64,000 bases of DNA, from assembly GCF_009914755.1 (NCBI RefSeq), contig NC_060942.1; one strand, written 5' to 3'. Source of the DNA: the human T2T-CHM13v2.0 reference genome, Homo sapiens. Positions 44,683 through 58,730 of this stretch are shown one piece after another. How positions within the stretch are numbered: position 1 is the stretch's first letter; every line of letters begins with the position of its first letter. The notes beneath the pieces were generated by a model that worked only from the letters and a program-made list of their open reading frames with translations, was not told where the DNA came from and made no database searches. The position numbers and the translations under genes are program-made.

Positions 44683-46036
44683 TACCTGTATCACTGATCT
44701 GGGATTGACTTAGAGTATATAGCAGCATGATTTATGTTAGCAAAATTACTGTCCTTATTCCACTTTTTAAATTTATCCATTTTTTCTTTTGTAAAGCAAC
44801 CGTCTATAATGGTACTATATAGGAAAAATCATAGTATAATTTAAACAACATATTTCCCTATTTGTAAAATGCAAGTAATAATAACATCATGGCACACAAA
44901 GTGAAGAGGTGATCGCGAGTAACATAATATGTAAAATGTAAAATGATTGTTGTGTAAAAGTCATTTCTGCCTTAGAGTTTGCATTTTTGAAATTAAGAAA
45001 ATAATTCATATCAACTTTAGAAAGTTTTTGAGAGAAATTCGGATGATAATTTCAAACAAGTCATTCTACATGGGAAATCAGATAGTGTGAAAGAATGTTC
45101 GGTACTGCAACACTGTTATGACATTATTTCCATCATTTCTGGAGCATTTTTGCATTTAATTCACAGATTTAGATCCAATGCTTTTCATTATTTCAGAGTA
45201 TCATCAGTGCATTTTTGAATTTTAAAACTCTCCCTTTTTAATCTATCACCAAATTCTGCCTAATTGCATAATATATGACAGATGCAACAGGAGAAATGCT
45301 TACTGCATAATGTCCAAAGAGAATAAATTGTTTCCTACCATTAATGGAAAGTTATATATTACACTTTAAGTTATAAATGCACATTTATTTAGAACTTACA
45401 ATTTCAACAATATTTCAGTGAGAAATTATTCTTGAATAATACTTTGCACTTCACTATAAATATCTATCTAGCATCCTTTGAAATAAATAATAATGTTGCT
45501 TCATATTTATTTCAAATTTATATAGTATTTTAATATTTTTAAGCTCTTTATTTACTTTAGTAAAAAACAACAGTACACTTTTAATTGATCTTTGAAGTAT
45601 CTTAATTTGCAGACTGAGAAAAAACACTAAACTAGTTTTATTTGAGAGCAGGTCCTTAACCTAGGGAACTGGGGGTTTTGAGACAGTGAAATTACTTGTT
45701 TTGATCATAACTGTTTAATTTCTCTACTCAGAATATTGTCACACATAAACTGATCTCCTGAAGAAATGGTTCAATTTCTCCCACACAATATGAAGGCAAA
45801 CAAGTTTTTGTTCCCTGACTTATTTGGAAGTGGAGAGAGGAAGAGAAAGAAAGATTATAAATTTTTGCTTTTAAATGCAACTATTTCCCCATAGTTCTCC
45901 TTTTCTACTTTTTAGAATCAAGTTAATCATATTTGGATATCAAGTATACTATAATATTAAAATGTAACTGGATTTTCAATAGCCTGGAATTCTCTAATTG
46001 TTTTTATTCTTTCATAAAAGGTTTTCCTGGGTATAA

Positions 46037-46504
<468 letters not shown>

Positions 46505-46627
46505 AGAAGTCAATTTTTTTAATGTTTCATTGCAGTTCCATCTTCCAAGCAAACTGATCTGGTCAGTCTCACCATTATCCCAAATAATTGAATTTTTTAT
46601 GCAGTTCAAATACTAACAATAATTGAA

Positions 46628-47810
46628 GTACAGCTTTAGTTTTCTTTTGCTACATAATAAATCACCACAAACTCAGGGGCTCAAAAATACCCATTTTTTA
46701 GTTCACAGTTCTGGGGTCAAAAGCCTGATTCAGACTGTTTCAGGGTTTCAGAAGGCAGATGTCAAGGTGTCAGGTGGACTGGGTTTTCATCTAGTGGCTG
46801 TAGAGAAAAATCTGCTTCAAAGCTCCTTCTGTTGTTGACAGGATTCAGTTCCTTGTAGCTGTAGAGCTGACTTCCTGTTTCCTTGCTGGCTGTCAATAAC
46901 AAGCTGCTCTCAGCAACTAGAGGCTGTTGCAATCTGTAATTCTCTCCCTCTCCAAGCCAGCACGGCACATCAAATCCTTCTCGTGCTTTGGATCTCTGAC
47001 TTCCGTTTCAGTGACCAACTGGAGAATACTCTGCTTGCTTTTAGAAAGCTTCCATGATGAAGCCAGGCATGCCTGGGGAATCTTTCTTTCATTTTCCTTT
47101 TTCTGTTTTCGGTTTTATTATTATTATTTTCAATTGACACATAATAATTGTACATATTTATGGGATACAGTGTGATATTTTGATACATGTGTACAAAGTA
47201 TAATGTTCAAATCAGGATAATTCACATATTCATCACCTCAAACATTTATTTTTCTTTGTGTTGAGAATGTTAATCATCTGTCCTTCTAGATATTTGAAAA
47301 TATATAATATATTGTTAATTATAGTCACCTTATGGTGCCAGAACACTAGAACTTATTCCTCCTATCTAGCTGTAATCTTATACCATTTAAAAAACAACTT
47401 CTCAATATTCCCCATCCCCTCAACCCTTCCCAGCCTCTAATAACCACAATTCTACTCTTCGTTATGAGCTCAACTTTTTAGTTTCTACATGCAGTGAGAA
47501 CGTGTGGTATTAATCTTTCTGTACCTATCTTATTTCACTTAATCTCCTCCAAACTCATCCATGTTGCCACACATGACAGATGTTCATTCTTAATAAATTC
47601 AGAATTATTTTCTTAATTTCTTGTTTATGGCTGAATAGTATTCCATCGTGTATATACGGCACACTTTCTTTATCCATTCATTTGTTGATGGACCTGGGAA
47701 CCGCTCTTTCTTAAAGTAAACAGTGTCATATGACATGACCTAACTTAAGGCATGCATAGCAGGGGTTGGGGCATCTTGGAGGACGTTTTAGAATTCTGCC
47801 CACCACCAAT
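46628..47810 (-). mobile_element. MLT1 LTR split by an L1MA fragment
   Basis: tgctacataataaatcaccacaaactcagggg...ggattcagttccttgtagctgtag; resumes near 47695 and ends ttagaattctgcccaccac. Confidence 0.7.
47113..47693 (-). mobile_element. L1MA 3' end
   Basis: aattgacacataataattgtacatatttatgggatacagtgtgatattttgatacatg...tatccattcatttgttgatggac. Confidence 0.85.
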
Positions 47811-48639
47811 ACCCATTTGACATCCTTGCAGGGCCCAGTGGTTGATAACTTGTTTGCTGTGGCTCATCACTCATGCCTTCCCAGCCTTGTGACAATACTT
47901 TCTCTAATTTATGGAAAGGTACTGGTAACAGTACAACTTTACTCAAAAAAGCTCAAAACATATGGACGTGCTTACACTGTCATTTTAGGCTATTTGTTAA
48001 AGGAAGAAAGGAGTAAACCTTTAAAGTTCTGCATTGTGATCTAACTCTAGTAGCTACTATTACAATTTTACTTTAGCTTTCTAATGGGAGGGAATTTTTT
48101 AGGCTGACAAAATTAAGAGATCCACATTTCCCTCATGGACTGTAGGAAGTATACACCTATAGGCATCATATTTGAAGTGAAACATGATACAACTTTGGCA
48201 ATTCAGGCATGGGATATAATTTAATTAGTTGCTAACTCAACTCCCATTTGTGACACATTACTTCCTCTCCCATCTCTACTAAAGGGACTGAAAAAGCAGA
48301 ATGATCACTTTTCTATACTTCCTACAGATAGGGAGGTACATTTCTGGCAAATGAGATATAAATTAAAGCCTGATAGAAGCTATCAATAGGGCTTTATGTT
48401 TTCTGATATGGCCAATAATGCCCCCTTATTCTTTTTCTAAATTGAAATCATGATGGCTGGACATGCAGCAGTCATTTTGTGGCCACGAGGAAACAAGCCT
48501 GTGAGAAATGCTAAGAAAAGGATAGCCAGATGGGCCTGACATGCTGCCTCTTAACAGCATCAAACTGCTGAACCAACACCAGTAACTACCTACTTCAAAG
48601 TTCTAATGTGGAACAAAAAAGATCCTGTTTGTTGAAATT

Positions 48640-48856
48640 AGTCCTCAGAGGAAACTTTTTTTAATGTAAAGGGTCAGCTAGTAAAAAATGTATGCTTTGC
48701 AGACCATAGGTCTTTGTTGGAGCTTAAAGTCTGCCTTTGTAATGCCTGAAGCAGCCACAGACAACATGTAAAGAAATGGGCCTGGCTGTGTTCTGATATA
48801 ACTTTATTTACAAAAACAGAAGGTAGACCTAATTGGTCCATAGGCTATAGTTTGCT
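48640..48856 (+). mobile_element. MER58A (hAT-Charlie)
   Basis: tgtaaagggtcag...gcagccacagacaacatgtaaag...ggctgtgttc...actttatttacaaaaacag...ggctatagtttgc. Confidence 0.75.
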
Positions 48857-50216
48857 TGGGTTTTCTATGATTTAAAGCTATACAAATTTCTAGCTGAGTT
48901 CGTGAAAGTATAAAGAAACCTGAATATTATGAAATATGCCTAAATGCAATAAGTGTATAGGTGAACGTCAGCCAAACATGATTGGCAGTTAACTTGTAGA
49001 TCTCACCTAGGGTTGGTCTCAGGTTTAGGAAAGTAAAATTTCCTAGCCTTTTTGTAACAAAGAGTTGATATATATTAATGACTGTACAAATACTCTTTTT
49101 CATCTTCCTTCCTTCCTTCCATCTTTCTTTCTTTCTTTTTCTAGTGTAGTAAAGCTCAGCTGCACAAGTTGAGTTAATCATATTACTTAGCTATCATCAG
49201 TGGTTTCTATAATATTTGATTAATCTGTTTTATTCCTATTCCTTAATCCCATTCATCTTTCCATCTCTGTAAACAATCATTACAGTGAGTTTGATGGAAA
49301 CTTTGTATTTTATATAATTCTTATACATTTGTACTATTGATTTCTTGTACACTTACTGCATTGTTAACTCATGTACCTGCTATTATGATATAACCCTTAT
49401 TCTGTTTCTTATTTTTACTCAGCTTGCATTATGGCTTTTAAGATCCATTCGCATTTCTATGTGTCCATTTTGCCAGTTGCTTCTAACTGTTACTTGATAT
49501 TCCATGGTTTACCTTCACCATATTTTACTTTTCCATTTCTCCTAGTGATAGAAACTAGATTGTTTGCAACTTCTCATTATCTCAAACAGTGCTGTAATTA
49601 AGATTTTGTATCCTCTCCTTGTGACCCAGTGTGAGAAACTTTGGGGAATATATATAAGGAATGAAATAATTCTGTTAAATATATGTAGATAACTTACATA
49701 TGTACTACAGATGGTTTTCCAGAATGGCAGTTCATTCTACGTATTCACCTGGTATGTGAGGATCTCTGTATTCTCACATTCTCATTGATGCCTACCCTCA
49801 TTCATTAACTTTTCCAAATCTGATGGGTGTAAAGTCATGGTCAACAGTGTTTTAACACGCATTTGTAATTCTTAATGAGTTTGAGATATTCTTCAGGTGC
49901 ATGGTTGCTTTCAGGTTTTATTAATCCAGGAATTAATTGCCTGATATCATCTGTTTTGTTTTTTTACTGGAGTTTCTACATTTTCCTTACTGCTTTATAA
50001 GGTTTACTTGTCTGTTTTAAGCACTAGACTCACTTTAGTTTTACACATTGGAAATAACGTCTCACTTGTATTATCTGTCATTAACTTTGTGTATGGAGTC
50101 CTGCATTAAACAGAAATCTGAAAATTTGATATACTCAAATTTTTCACGGGTTGAGCTGCTGTAGTTTACTTTAAGAAATACTTCCCCATCCCATACACGG
50201 CAAAGATTTCATCATA

Positions 50217-50348
50217 GGCCAGGCATGGTGAAGCACCTCTGTAATCCCAGCCCTGTAAGAGGCTGAGGCAGCAGGATCGCTTGAGGCCAGGAAATCAAGA
50301 CCAGCCAGGCAACATAGTGAGATTCCATCCATACAAAAAAAAAAAAAA
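50217..50348 (+). mobile_element. FLAM/Alu left monomer
   Basis: ggccaggcatggtg...gatcgcttgaggccagg...poly-A. Confidence 0.82.
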
Positions 50349-50401
50349 GCGTTATCTTAAATATTATTCAATTGACCTTAAAGTTTTGGCTTTAATATTT
50401 G

Positions 50402-50712
50402 GGCTGGGCGAGGTGGCTCACGCCTATAATCCCAGCACTTTGGGAGACCAAGGCGGGAGGATCATGAAGTCAGGAGATCGAGACCATCCTGGCTAACACG
50501 GTGAAACCCCGTCCCTACTAAAAATACAAAAAATTAGCCAGGCGTGGTGGCGGGCGCCTGTAGTTCCAGCTACTCAGGAGGCTGAGGCAGGAGAATGGCG
50601 TGAACCCCGGGTGACGGAGCCTGCAGTGAGCCGAGATCGCGCCACTGCACTCCAGCCTGGGCAACACAGTGAGACTCCGTCTCAAAAAAAAAAAAAAAAG
50701 AAAAGAAAAAAA
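50402..50712 (+). mobile_element. AluY (mosaic right arm, no clear TSD)
   Basis: Y diagnostics accatcctggctaacacgg and gagaatggcgtgaacc. Confidence 0.92.
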
Positions 50713-50811
50713 TAAAATTCTAAAGACTCCATCAAAACACTGTTAAAACAGTATCAAACGAATTTAGTAAAGTTATCACCATATAATTTTTAAACATTTT
50801 TCATATCTGGG

Positions 50812-51163
50812 TTTTTTCTTTTCCTTTCACTTTTTTAAAATCAGGGTTTTTTGTTGTTGCTGTTGTTTTTTCGTATGAGATAGAGTCTCACGCTGTCACC
50901 CAAGCTGGAGTGCAGTGGCACAACCTCCACCCACTGCAACCTCCACCTCTGGGTTCAAGCGATTCCTGATTCTCCTGCCTCAGCCACTCGAGTAGCTGAG
51001 ATTACAGCTGTGGCCACCAGCCCGGCTAACTTTTGTATTTTTCAATAGTGACGGGTTTTCACCATGTTGGCCAGGCTGGTCTTGAACTCCTGACCTCAAG
51101 CAGTCCGCTCACTTCGGCCTCCCAAAGTGCTGGGATTACAGGAGTGAGCCACCGCGCCCAGAC
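50812..51163 (-). mobile_element. AluSx/Sz-like element with a composite tail
   Basis: Antisense Alu; TSD catatctgg(g)ttttt at 50802 and 51164. Confidence 0.9.
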
Positions 51164-53699
51164 CATATCTGGTTTTTGCATCAATATTAAACCAGACTCA
51201 AATAGCTAAGCAGCTTTTGCTTTTTTTTTTCTGGACTATCTTAGAGAAGAGATTAATTCACTGTCCCCTAAATGTTTGGTAAATTCAATTATGAAACCAT
51301 CTGGAAATGGGCTCTTGGAAAATGAATATATTGTTTTACTCAAGTTTTCTGTTTTTTTTTCTGCTGACAATTTTGATATTTTATATTTTCCTAGATATAC
51401 AGTCTTTTAATTGATGTTTTTAAGTTAATTAATATATAGTTGTTTAGAAGCTGTTTATTACTATTTGGATTTTTCTTTGTTCAGTTTTCCCCTTTTCATC
51501 CTGTACTTGATTTATTCCTACCTTCTTTCATCTAGCTTGCCAGAGGTCTCTTATTAATCATTTCAAATGGAGCTTTTGTTTAGATTTTTTTTTCATTTCA
51601 TTGATTTCTGCCCTTATCATTATTATGTCTTTCTTTATGGAAATGCTCTGTTGCTTTATTTTAAATCACATTTTCAGTTGAATGTCTAAATTCTTTGCTG
51701 TCAACCTGTTTTGTTCATTAAAAATATTTTTAAAGCTACATGTTTTCTTAAATTGTAATATATACTGTTCAATTTTTGTTAAACTCTACATGTTTTGTAA
51801 TTTAACTTATAATTTCCTTTTAACTCATGTTTTTTAGAAATCTGCTATTTATTTTTATATATGTAGAATATTTAATTATCTTATTATAAATTTTAATTGT
51901 ATTATGGCAATAGGATATAATTTGTATAATTTTGTTCTTTTGAACTTACTAAGACTTTTTTATCACCATCTTTTCAGTTTTCACAAATATTCCAAATGTG
52001 CTAGAAGGAAAGTGTCTATTTTGTTTGCTGTTGATAGTGGATGTGTGTATATAGGGCCACATAGATAATATAAAATAGCTTAACCATTTTTTAATTTCAT
52101 ATAACTTCCATATCTTTGCTTATGAGAGTGATAGGTTTACTGCTTAACTTCCTTGTCGGATAATTTTGTCACCTGTGATTAAATATAATGTGTCTTTTTT
52201 TTCACTGGACAGTATAATTTACTGGACAAAAGTCATGTGCTTCCAAAACCAGTTAGGGTTGTGTGTAGGGATACACTGTACTGCTTTTAGCGTCTATGTA
52301 ATCTTGCCTGAGAACTAAGTTGAATGGGTTGTCCATGATTTGAACTTGAATAACATTCATAGACTGATACAATGTCATCACATGCAAGCAGTTTCTCCTA
52401 AGCTTTTCCATTTTTATTTCCACTTAGAACCCAGCTTGTGACACTTTTAAAAGTTGATGTATGTCAGCAATCTGTCCCTAATCATAGCCTTGTATCTTTT
52501 GAACAGCTGCAACAACATTTTTAAGGCAATGATCTCTCAAGCTGTTGTCAGTGTTTTTCATGCCACCAGAACTTGATCTCTCTATATTTTCTGTCTTATA
52601 TATAATGGTAGGTCAGCAATCCTGGCCAACTCATGGTAGTTCTTCCCAGCTGTCAGATGTGTGCAGTAAACAGGGAACTTCTTTATTAAACGAGTAAACA
52701 ATCCTGTTTTGATTCCAGAAATGCCAACGAGAAGCAGTTACCGAAACCACAACTAGCAGAATGACTTGCTTAAATATTAGCCACGTATTTTCTCAAGATC
52801 TTTGTGAAAATCCCAAGTTTATGATGATAGACCACAGGAGTATAAAGGAGCTTTTTGACAAAGAAATGTTTTATCTGTTTGAAGAGGGTGACCCGGAGAC
52901 TCCTCATAATTTTATTATGGGCAAGAGTGGACCTACTGGCTGTCTTCTCCAGGGTCATTCAGCCTAGCATCTCAGGTTGACAGCAGGCCCTCTGCCGTGC
53001 TACTCTTTTGTTCCCTGTTAATGTGCCCAAGCCAGAAAAAAGTAAATAAATAAATAAAATAAACTATGATTGGTTACAAAGAACAGAGCAAGCCATTCCC
53101 TCTGAAAAATTCAGGACTTCCCATCTGAACGTTTGAATGACCTCTTCTGCAGGTGGATGTCCCCGGACCCTACTGGCTAGTTTCCCAGTGGAGAGGAGGT
53201 AGCCCCAGAGGGCAGATGAAGAGCTCACCAGCTCAGTAACAGGTCAGCTGTGCTGCTTGCTGCGGCCCCCATCAGATAGCAGTAAATTATTTTTCCAAAG
53301 AGAGGCTTTGTGCTTAGCTGCGTTTTCCCTGCATTTCCTCCTGGGGCCCCGATACTGACAGGGCTCGTTGACAAGGAGCTCTTGCCCGAATGGAACTTCA
53401 CCTCCCACAGGCTGCCCATCAATCACCTGCCCAGCCTCTGGGGGAGGCACATTAGAGAGCTGTGTGGACTTCCTAGCAATCAAAAATAAATAATAAATAA
53501 AGAATAAAAAAAGAAAAGCATATTTAATGCCTTCAGGTGACACTGAATAAGCAGGGATGTATCCCTTGCTTTTAAAGAAACAAATATCTTACTGGAGAAA
53601 TGGGGCTATATAGAAAATTTTCGTGGTTGTCTTTCTATTTTACGTTCATGTAATAACTAACTCTAATACAGACGGCACTGCTTATCTTCTCATAATCTG

Positions 53700-54159
53700 T
53701 GTCATTGTAGTAATTGGGGCTGGCCTCACAAATTACCAAAAACTTGGTGGCTTAAAAACACAGAAATTTATTCTCTTACAGTTCTGGATGCCAAAAGTCA
53801 GAAATCAAGGTGTCTGCGGGGCCACACTCTCCCAAAGCTTCCAAGGGGGTCTCCTTGCTTGCATTTTTCAGCATCCAGTGGTTCCAGGTCTTCCTTGGTT
53901 AGCGCAACATAACTTCTATCTCTGCCTCCATCTTCTCAGGGCCATCTCCCTGTGTCTTTGTCTCAAATCTCCCTCTCCTCGTCTCTTGTAAAGACACTTG
54001 CCATTAGATTTAAGGCCTACACTAAATTTAGAATGATGTCCTCTCAAGGTCCTCAATTACATCTACAAAGACCCCTTTTCCAAATAAGGGCACATACGCA
54101 GCTTCTAGGGACTAGGACTTGGACATACCTTCCCAGGACCCGCTGTGCAACCCATTACA
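53700..54159 (-). mobile_element. MLT1C-type MaLR LTR
   Basis: caaattaccaaaaacttggtggcttaaaaacacagaaatttattctcttacagttctgga...aagaccccttttccaaataag...caacccattaca. Confidence 0.82.
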
Positions 54160-54340
54160 ATAATGAAGAGATTTAAGTTTGTCCATCTGCTAGGTAAAGC
54201 CATAGTAGCTGTATAGTATCTGATAATATCCGTGTGGTAAAATTGCAGCTCTCAAAGTAAGAGCGATGTTGTAACTGACTGAGTTGTTTTGTGAATTTTT
54301 GTTTTTGGAGTCAGTGGAGCATGTTATTAGATGTAAATTT

Positions 54341-54342
<2 letters not shown>

Positions 54343-54380
<38 letters not shown>
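54343..54380 (+). repeat. (AC)19 microsatellite
   Basis: Perfect dinucleotide run. Confidence 0.97.
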
Positions 54381-54383
<3 letters not shown>

Positions 54384-54804
54384 AAGTAAGTGCCAAGATT
54401 TTCTACTTCGGCGCCTATATTTCTATATACTGATTTTCTGTATTTCCCAGACTTGAATATAGATTGTCTTTCTGTTTTATCATAGACAATCTCATAATAA
54501 TTTAGGCATAATAAGGTAATGAGGTTTTTCTGGGCTTCTTTTCATCATCCCTGCAATTTGAGTCTCTTTTATAGTTGAATTCTTCTCTGTAATAACTTCT
54601 TGTTTTAGCTGGTATTTACCATTGATAAATCACATGACTTTCAGAATAATGGCTATTGCATGAATTGGTGGAAAAAGTGTACTAGCCTGAGAACTAAGAA
54701 ATTTGGCCCTTATTCTCTCTATGACATTAACTGTATGATAGAGACCAAAATCAGGATAGCCATTTTGCCATTTGTAAAATGAGGCAAGCTCCACTCTAAG
54801 CTTG

Positions 54805-55345
54805 CTTTATCAGTTAGAAATTTTAGGGACTGTGAATAACAGAAACCCAACACAAACAAGTTTCAAATGTACATTATTACATATTATAGCAGAAAAAGAA
54901 ACTGGCTTCAAGGTTGCTTGATTCGGTAACTCTTGCTAAACAGTTAAAACATGTGTGTTTTTCCTCTCTCTGTGTTCTTCCATCCTTAGGATTGCCTCAT
55001 CCTCTTCAATCTAGTAGAGTGGCAGCTGTAGCATTTCTTAGTTATGACATTCCGATAGGGCAGCAGCACTAGAGAGGAAGGCTGGTTTTATCATGAAGCT
55101 ACCACTAGGAGACTTCTAGTCACATCACATTAGCCATGTGTGGCTCATATTCCCTTTTCTAAACTAATCACAGGCAAGGAAACTTTACCCTTGGAATAAT
55201 GAGTTGTACTGAGATACTAGGGCTGAGAGATTCCCACCAGGACACACACTGGCTGCTTGTTGGAGGGGCAGATAACGGAACAAAATCAGGTTCTGGTAAG
55301 AGTGAAGGAATTGGAGCTGGATGTTGAGTAGACAGCCAATGGAGA
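54805..55345 (-). mobile_element. Old MLT1 (K/L-like) LTR
   Basis: tatcagttag...gaataacagaaacccaac...; aacaaaatcaggttctg...ggatgttgagtagacagccaa. Confidence 0.5.
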
Positions 55346-57504
55346 GAGTATTATAGTTAATTTTAATTCTAATATCATTATGCATATAATTATATTATAA
55401 TTATATTGATATAATTCATTTTTAGATGAGGCATTTTATAATGTGGTTTATGTCAAAGATGTAAAAGATTAAGCTTGTAATTATTAATAATAAACGTATT
55501 GGGATAGTCAAGTGGTGAGCCATGGGAGAATTGTGTCAGAGCACATGTCTGTCACAGGTAGCTTTAAGAATGAATTAAATTGATTTCTTTTTTTGTACAC
55601 ATTCATTTTTATCAGCAACAGGAGGCAAATATAAGGAAGCAGCTACTGGAAAATTGATATAAATTTAGTTGGAAAAAAGCAATAGTAAAATTTCTATGCA
55701 AATTTCATGATCCAGATATTGAAGCATATAATGTATGAGGTAATACAAATATTTAAATTATTGTTATGAAAGCTTAGGATTCAAGCATAGAGAGATTAAC
55801 CTATATTTATTGTAATAACGAAAATGCAGTAAAATTTTCATTTTCTTTTCTTAGTAGAAAATAAATATTTTCCATCCTAATAAAATTGTATTAAACTTGC
55901 TCCTAGAAGGTACTATTTTACTCTCAAAAGTAAAATCTTTGACTTAATTAAAACAACCATAGGAGATTAGTAAAATACCCAGATTAATAAGAATTATTAG
56001 TAAGATTAGTATGAAAGAATAGTAAAATTTATGTTCTAATTCATTTGACTCTACTTGAAAAAATCTAGAAAGTAATTTCACTTTTCAAAAGATAGGTTTA
56101 AAGAAAGAATATTAGTGCTTTAATGGTCAGATAATCTAATCTCAATTATCATGATGCAAACTGAAAAGAGGCACATTAAAGCTAATAATTATAGTAAATA
56201 TGTGGTTTTGCCTATTTATGTATGTAGTAAATAGTGTAAATGCAATTGTAGTGAGTAAGATCTGCATTGAGTGGTAATATTCCACTTAATTTGCCCAGTT
56301 AGGCTAAAAGAAAAGATGCATAAAATAAATAGCATGATGTTTTTAAAATGCACAGTTAAATATAAATTATATATTCCAAATTTTACCGAGCATGCAAATA
56401 AAATAACTGAAAAACTTGGGCTTAACTGGAGAAAATATCGCTATGTCCTTAAGCCCATATCATATACCTCCACTTAAATGGTAGTAATGGTGGAACAGGT
56501 AAAATCTTATTAACCTTTTTGAACTAAAATTGAAGCAAAGTTTCTCTCTGATGTTTGTTCTTCTATTTATAACTCCTAAAATATCTAAATATGCCCTCCC
56601 TCTCACAGCATATACCCTAAGAGAATAAATCCTATTCTTCAGTCTTTGCTTCTCCCATAGGCTATGAAAGGAATAATCACTTAATAAATGCCTAGTGGTC
56701 TTCACAGTGAACAGCACACTGTCAAAACTCACAAATGAATAAGTAAATAAATCCTATGTTGAAGTCTAGATATGCAAAGAACTAAGTAAATGACATTAAT
56801 GAATGAAAATTAACTATTTTTACTTACTGTGTCCTGCATAAGAACACAAACGGATTTCATAATGAGCCAGAGGCATCTGAGTTTAGATCAAATTGCCAAG
56901 TTCTAGAGAAAAGGTCTGTCCAGGAATGAATTATGAACTCTGTATGAGTCACTCAGGGAAGACCTGCCCATTGGTCTTGAAGAATGATTGTTAGTTTGAT
57001 AGAAATATGCGAGATCAGCATACTCCAAGTGGATTATTTTGTGAAAACCTTCCTAACCTTTAAATACCTTGCTTTTTATTCAGGAAAATTGAAAGACTTT
57101 GTATACGGCTGGAACTTAGCTTGCGTTGAGAGTTGGAAAAAGATGAGATTAGATGTGCAGGTAGCAACTAAATCATGGAAAGCCTTCTAGTTCTTGCTAA
57201 AGACTGAAAATTTCATTTTTAAGATGTTATCAAATAGGCTTAGGTCCTTGAAGGGCATGATTAAATGTATGGTTAAGAAATATTAGTCTGAAAACAGTGT
57301 GATCAAGATAATGAAAGGTGAGGACCATGGAGGCTGATGGGAACATAATGAAAATATTTCGGAAGAGAAAGAGTGAGGGCTTAAATGAGTCACTAATGTG
57401 AAGAGGAAGGAATAGGTAGGAGAATGTTCAAGAAGTAGAACTGACAAAATTTCATGACAGAACAGATGTTGTGGGTCCAGGAGGAGGTTATACATGGAAG
57501 AGTG

Positions 57505-58730
57505 GATCTCAGAGTGGTCCGTGAAAACAACACCCTTTCATCACAATGCTTCTGTGTTACTTGTCTTTTCTACTGGTTTTCATTTTCACTGTTTTGGTGC
57601 ATTTGCAACAGTAATTAAAACTATAACATCCATCAAGGCCGTGGCTCCAAACAGTAGTAGCAGTTATATTTTTTACAATCATGCAGTTACCTAAATAAGT
57701 AAACACACAAATAAACATGCCAATTTTATTTTCATTTTACTTAAGAATCTCCTTGATGAAGTAGTAAGAAATACTAATTTTACATCTAGACTTCCAAGTG
57801 TGTCTTTTTAATATTCTACTTGACAAAATAAATAGAACTCATAGGTCACTTCTGCTGTATACTGATATGGGATGGCTGTCTTGAGGAGAGCACATGTGTG
57901 ATGGTTGAAGTCACAAGCCTAACAGTTACTTAAAGAAAAAAACAGCTATTTTAATGAATGAATGACTGACAGACAACCGTGGTCATTCAGACTTTGGTAT
58001 TTGTCACGTATGTTCTCAAAAATGAACTAAGGGAGTCTTATCAAGGAAAACAACTGAATGCTTACTGAAAATTTGAAAATTTAAGCTTGCAAGTAAAAAT
58101 TAAAATTTGGGAATCTTGTATCTGCATTTTTCAACTTGACAACTTCTCAAAACTGGACTTTTCTGAAGAGACTAAGGTCGATATTAAATTTTTTTTAAAA
58201 ATATGTATAATAAAATAATGTCAATATTGGGAAGGTTTGCATAACTGAGTAAATCAGTATTTTCCCAAAGATCATTCCAAGATGATACAAAACCATAATG
58301 GATAAAAGACTCATTAAAAGTTGAAACTAGACCTATGAATTTTAGGAGTAGGAAAAGCATGTGACATGGTATCAGACTCCCTGTTGCAATAACCTTCAAT
58401 AAAACATTTGCTGAGCTTAGAGAAAGAATCAAAGGAGACTAATATAGGTTAGTTGACAAGTTCATATCTGTATAAGGCCTTATTTTCTTCATATGTTCTT
58501 AATCAAAAGAATATATTAAACAGATTAAACTCAGAAGCAGATATGAGTATTAAGCTGTGTTGTATTAAGCCAGGTATTTGAGTTTTGGAAAAATGCAAAA
58601 ACGTTGACACTCCTCTTCGTACTATTTGGGAATTATTTTCATTTTAAAATGCTATTTGTGTTGGTATTAATTCATTTATTATTTTTTAAACACATAATAA
58701 AAATATTTAAGAATGTATAAGTTCTAATAT
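57505..58730 (+). mobile_element. Charlie1-type hAT transposon relic
   Basis: cttctgctgtatactgatatgggatggctgtcttgaggagagcac (decayed H-T-E-V-R-W-L-S-R-G-K hAT motif); cattcagactttggtatttg; gaagcagatatgagtattaagctg. Confidence 0.72.

Larger units (their letters stand above)
49130..52110 (-). mobile_element. Old L1M (L1ME-like) carrying three Alu-family insertions
   Basis: ccatttctcctagtgatagaaactagattgtttgcaac; tttccaaatctgatgggtgtaaag; aatgtttggtaaattcaattatgaaaccatctgg. Confidence 0.65.
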
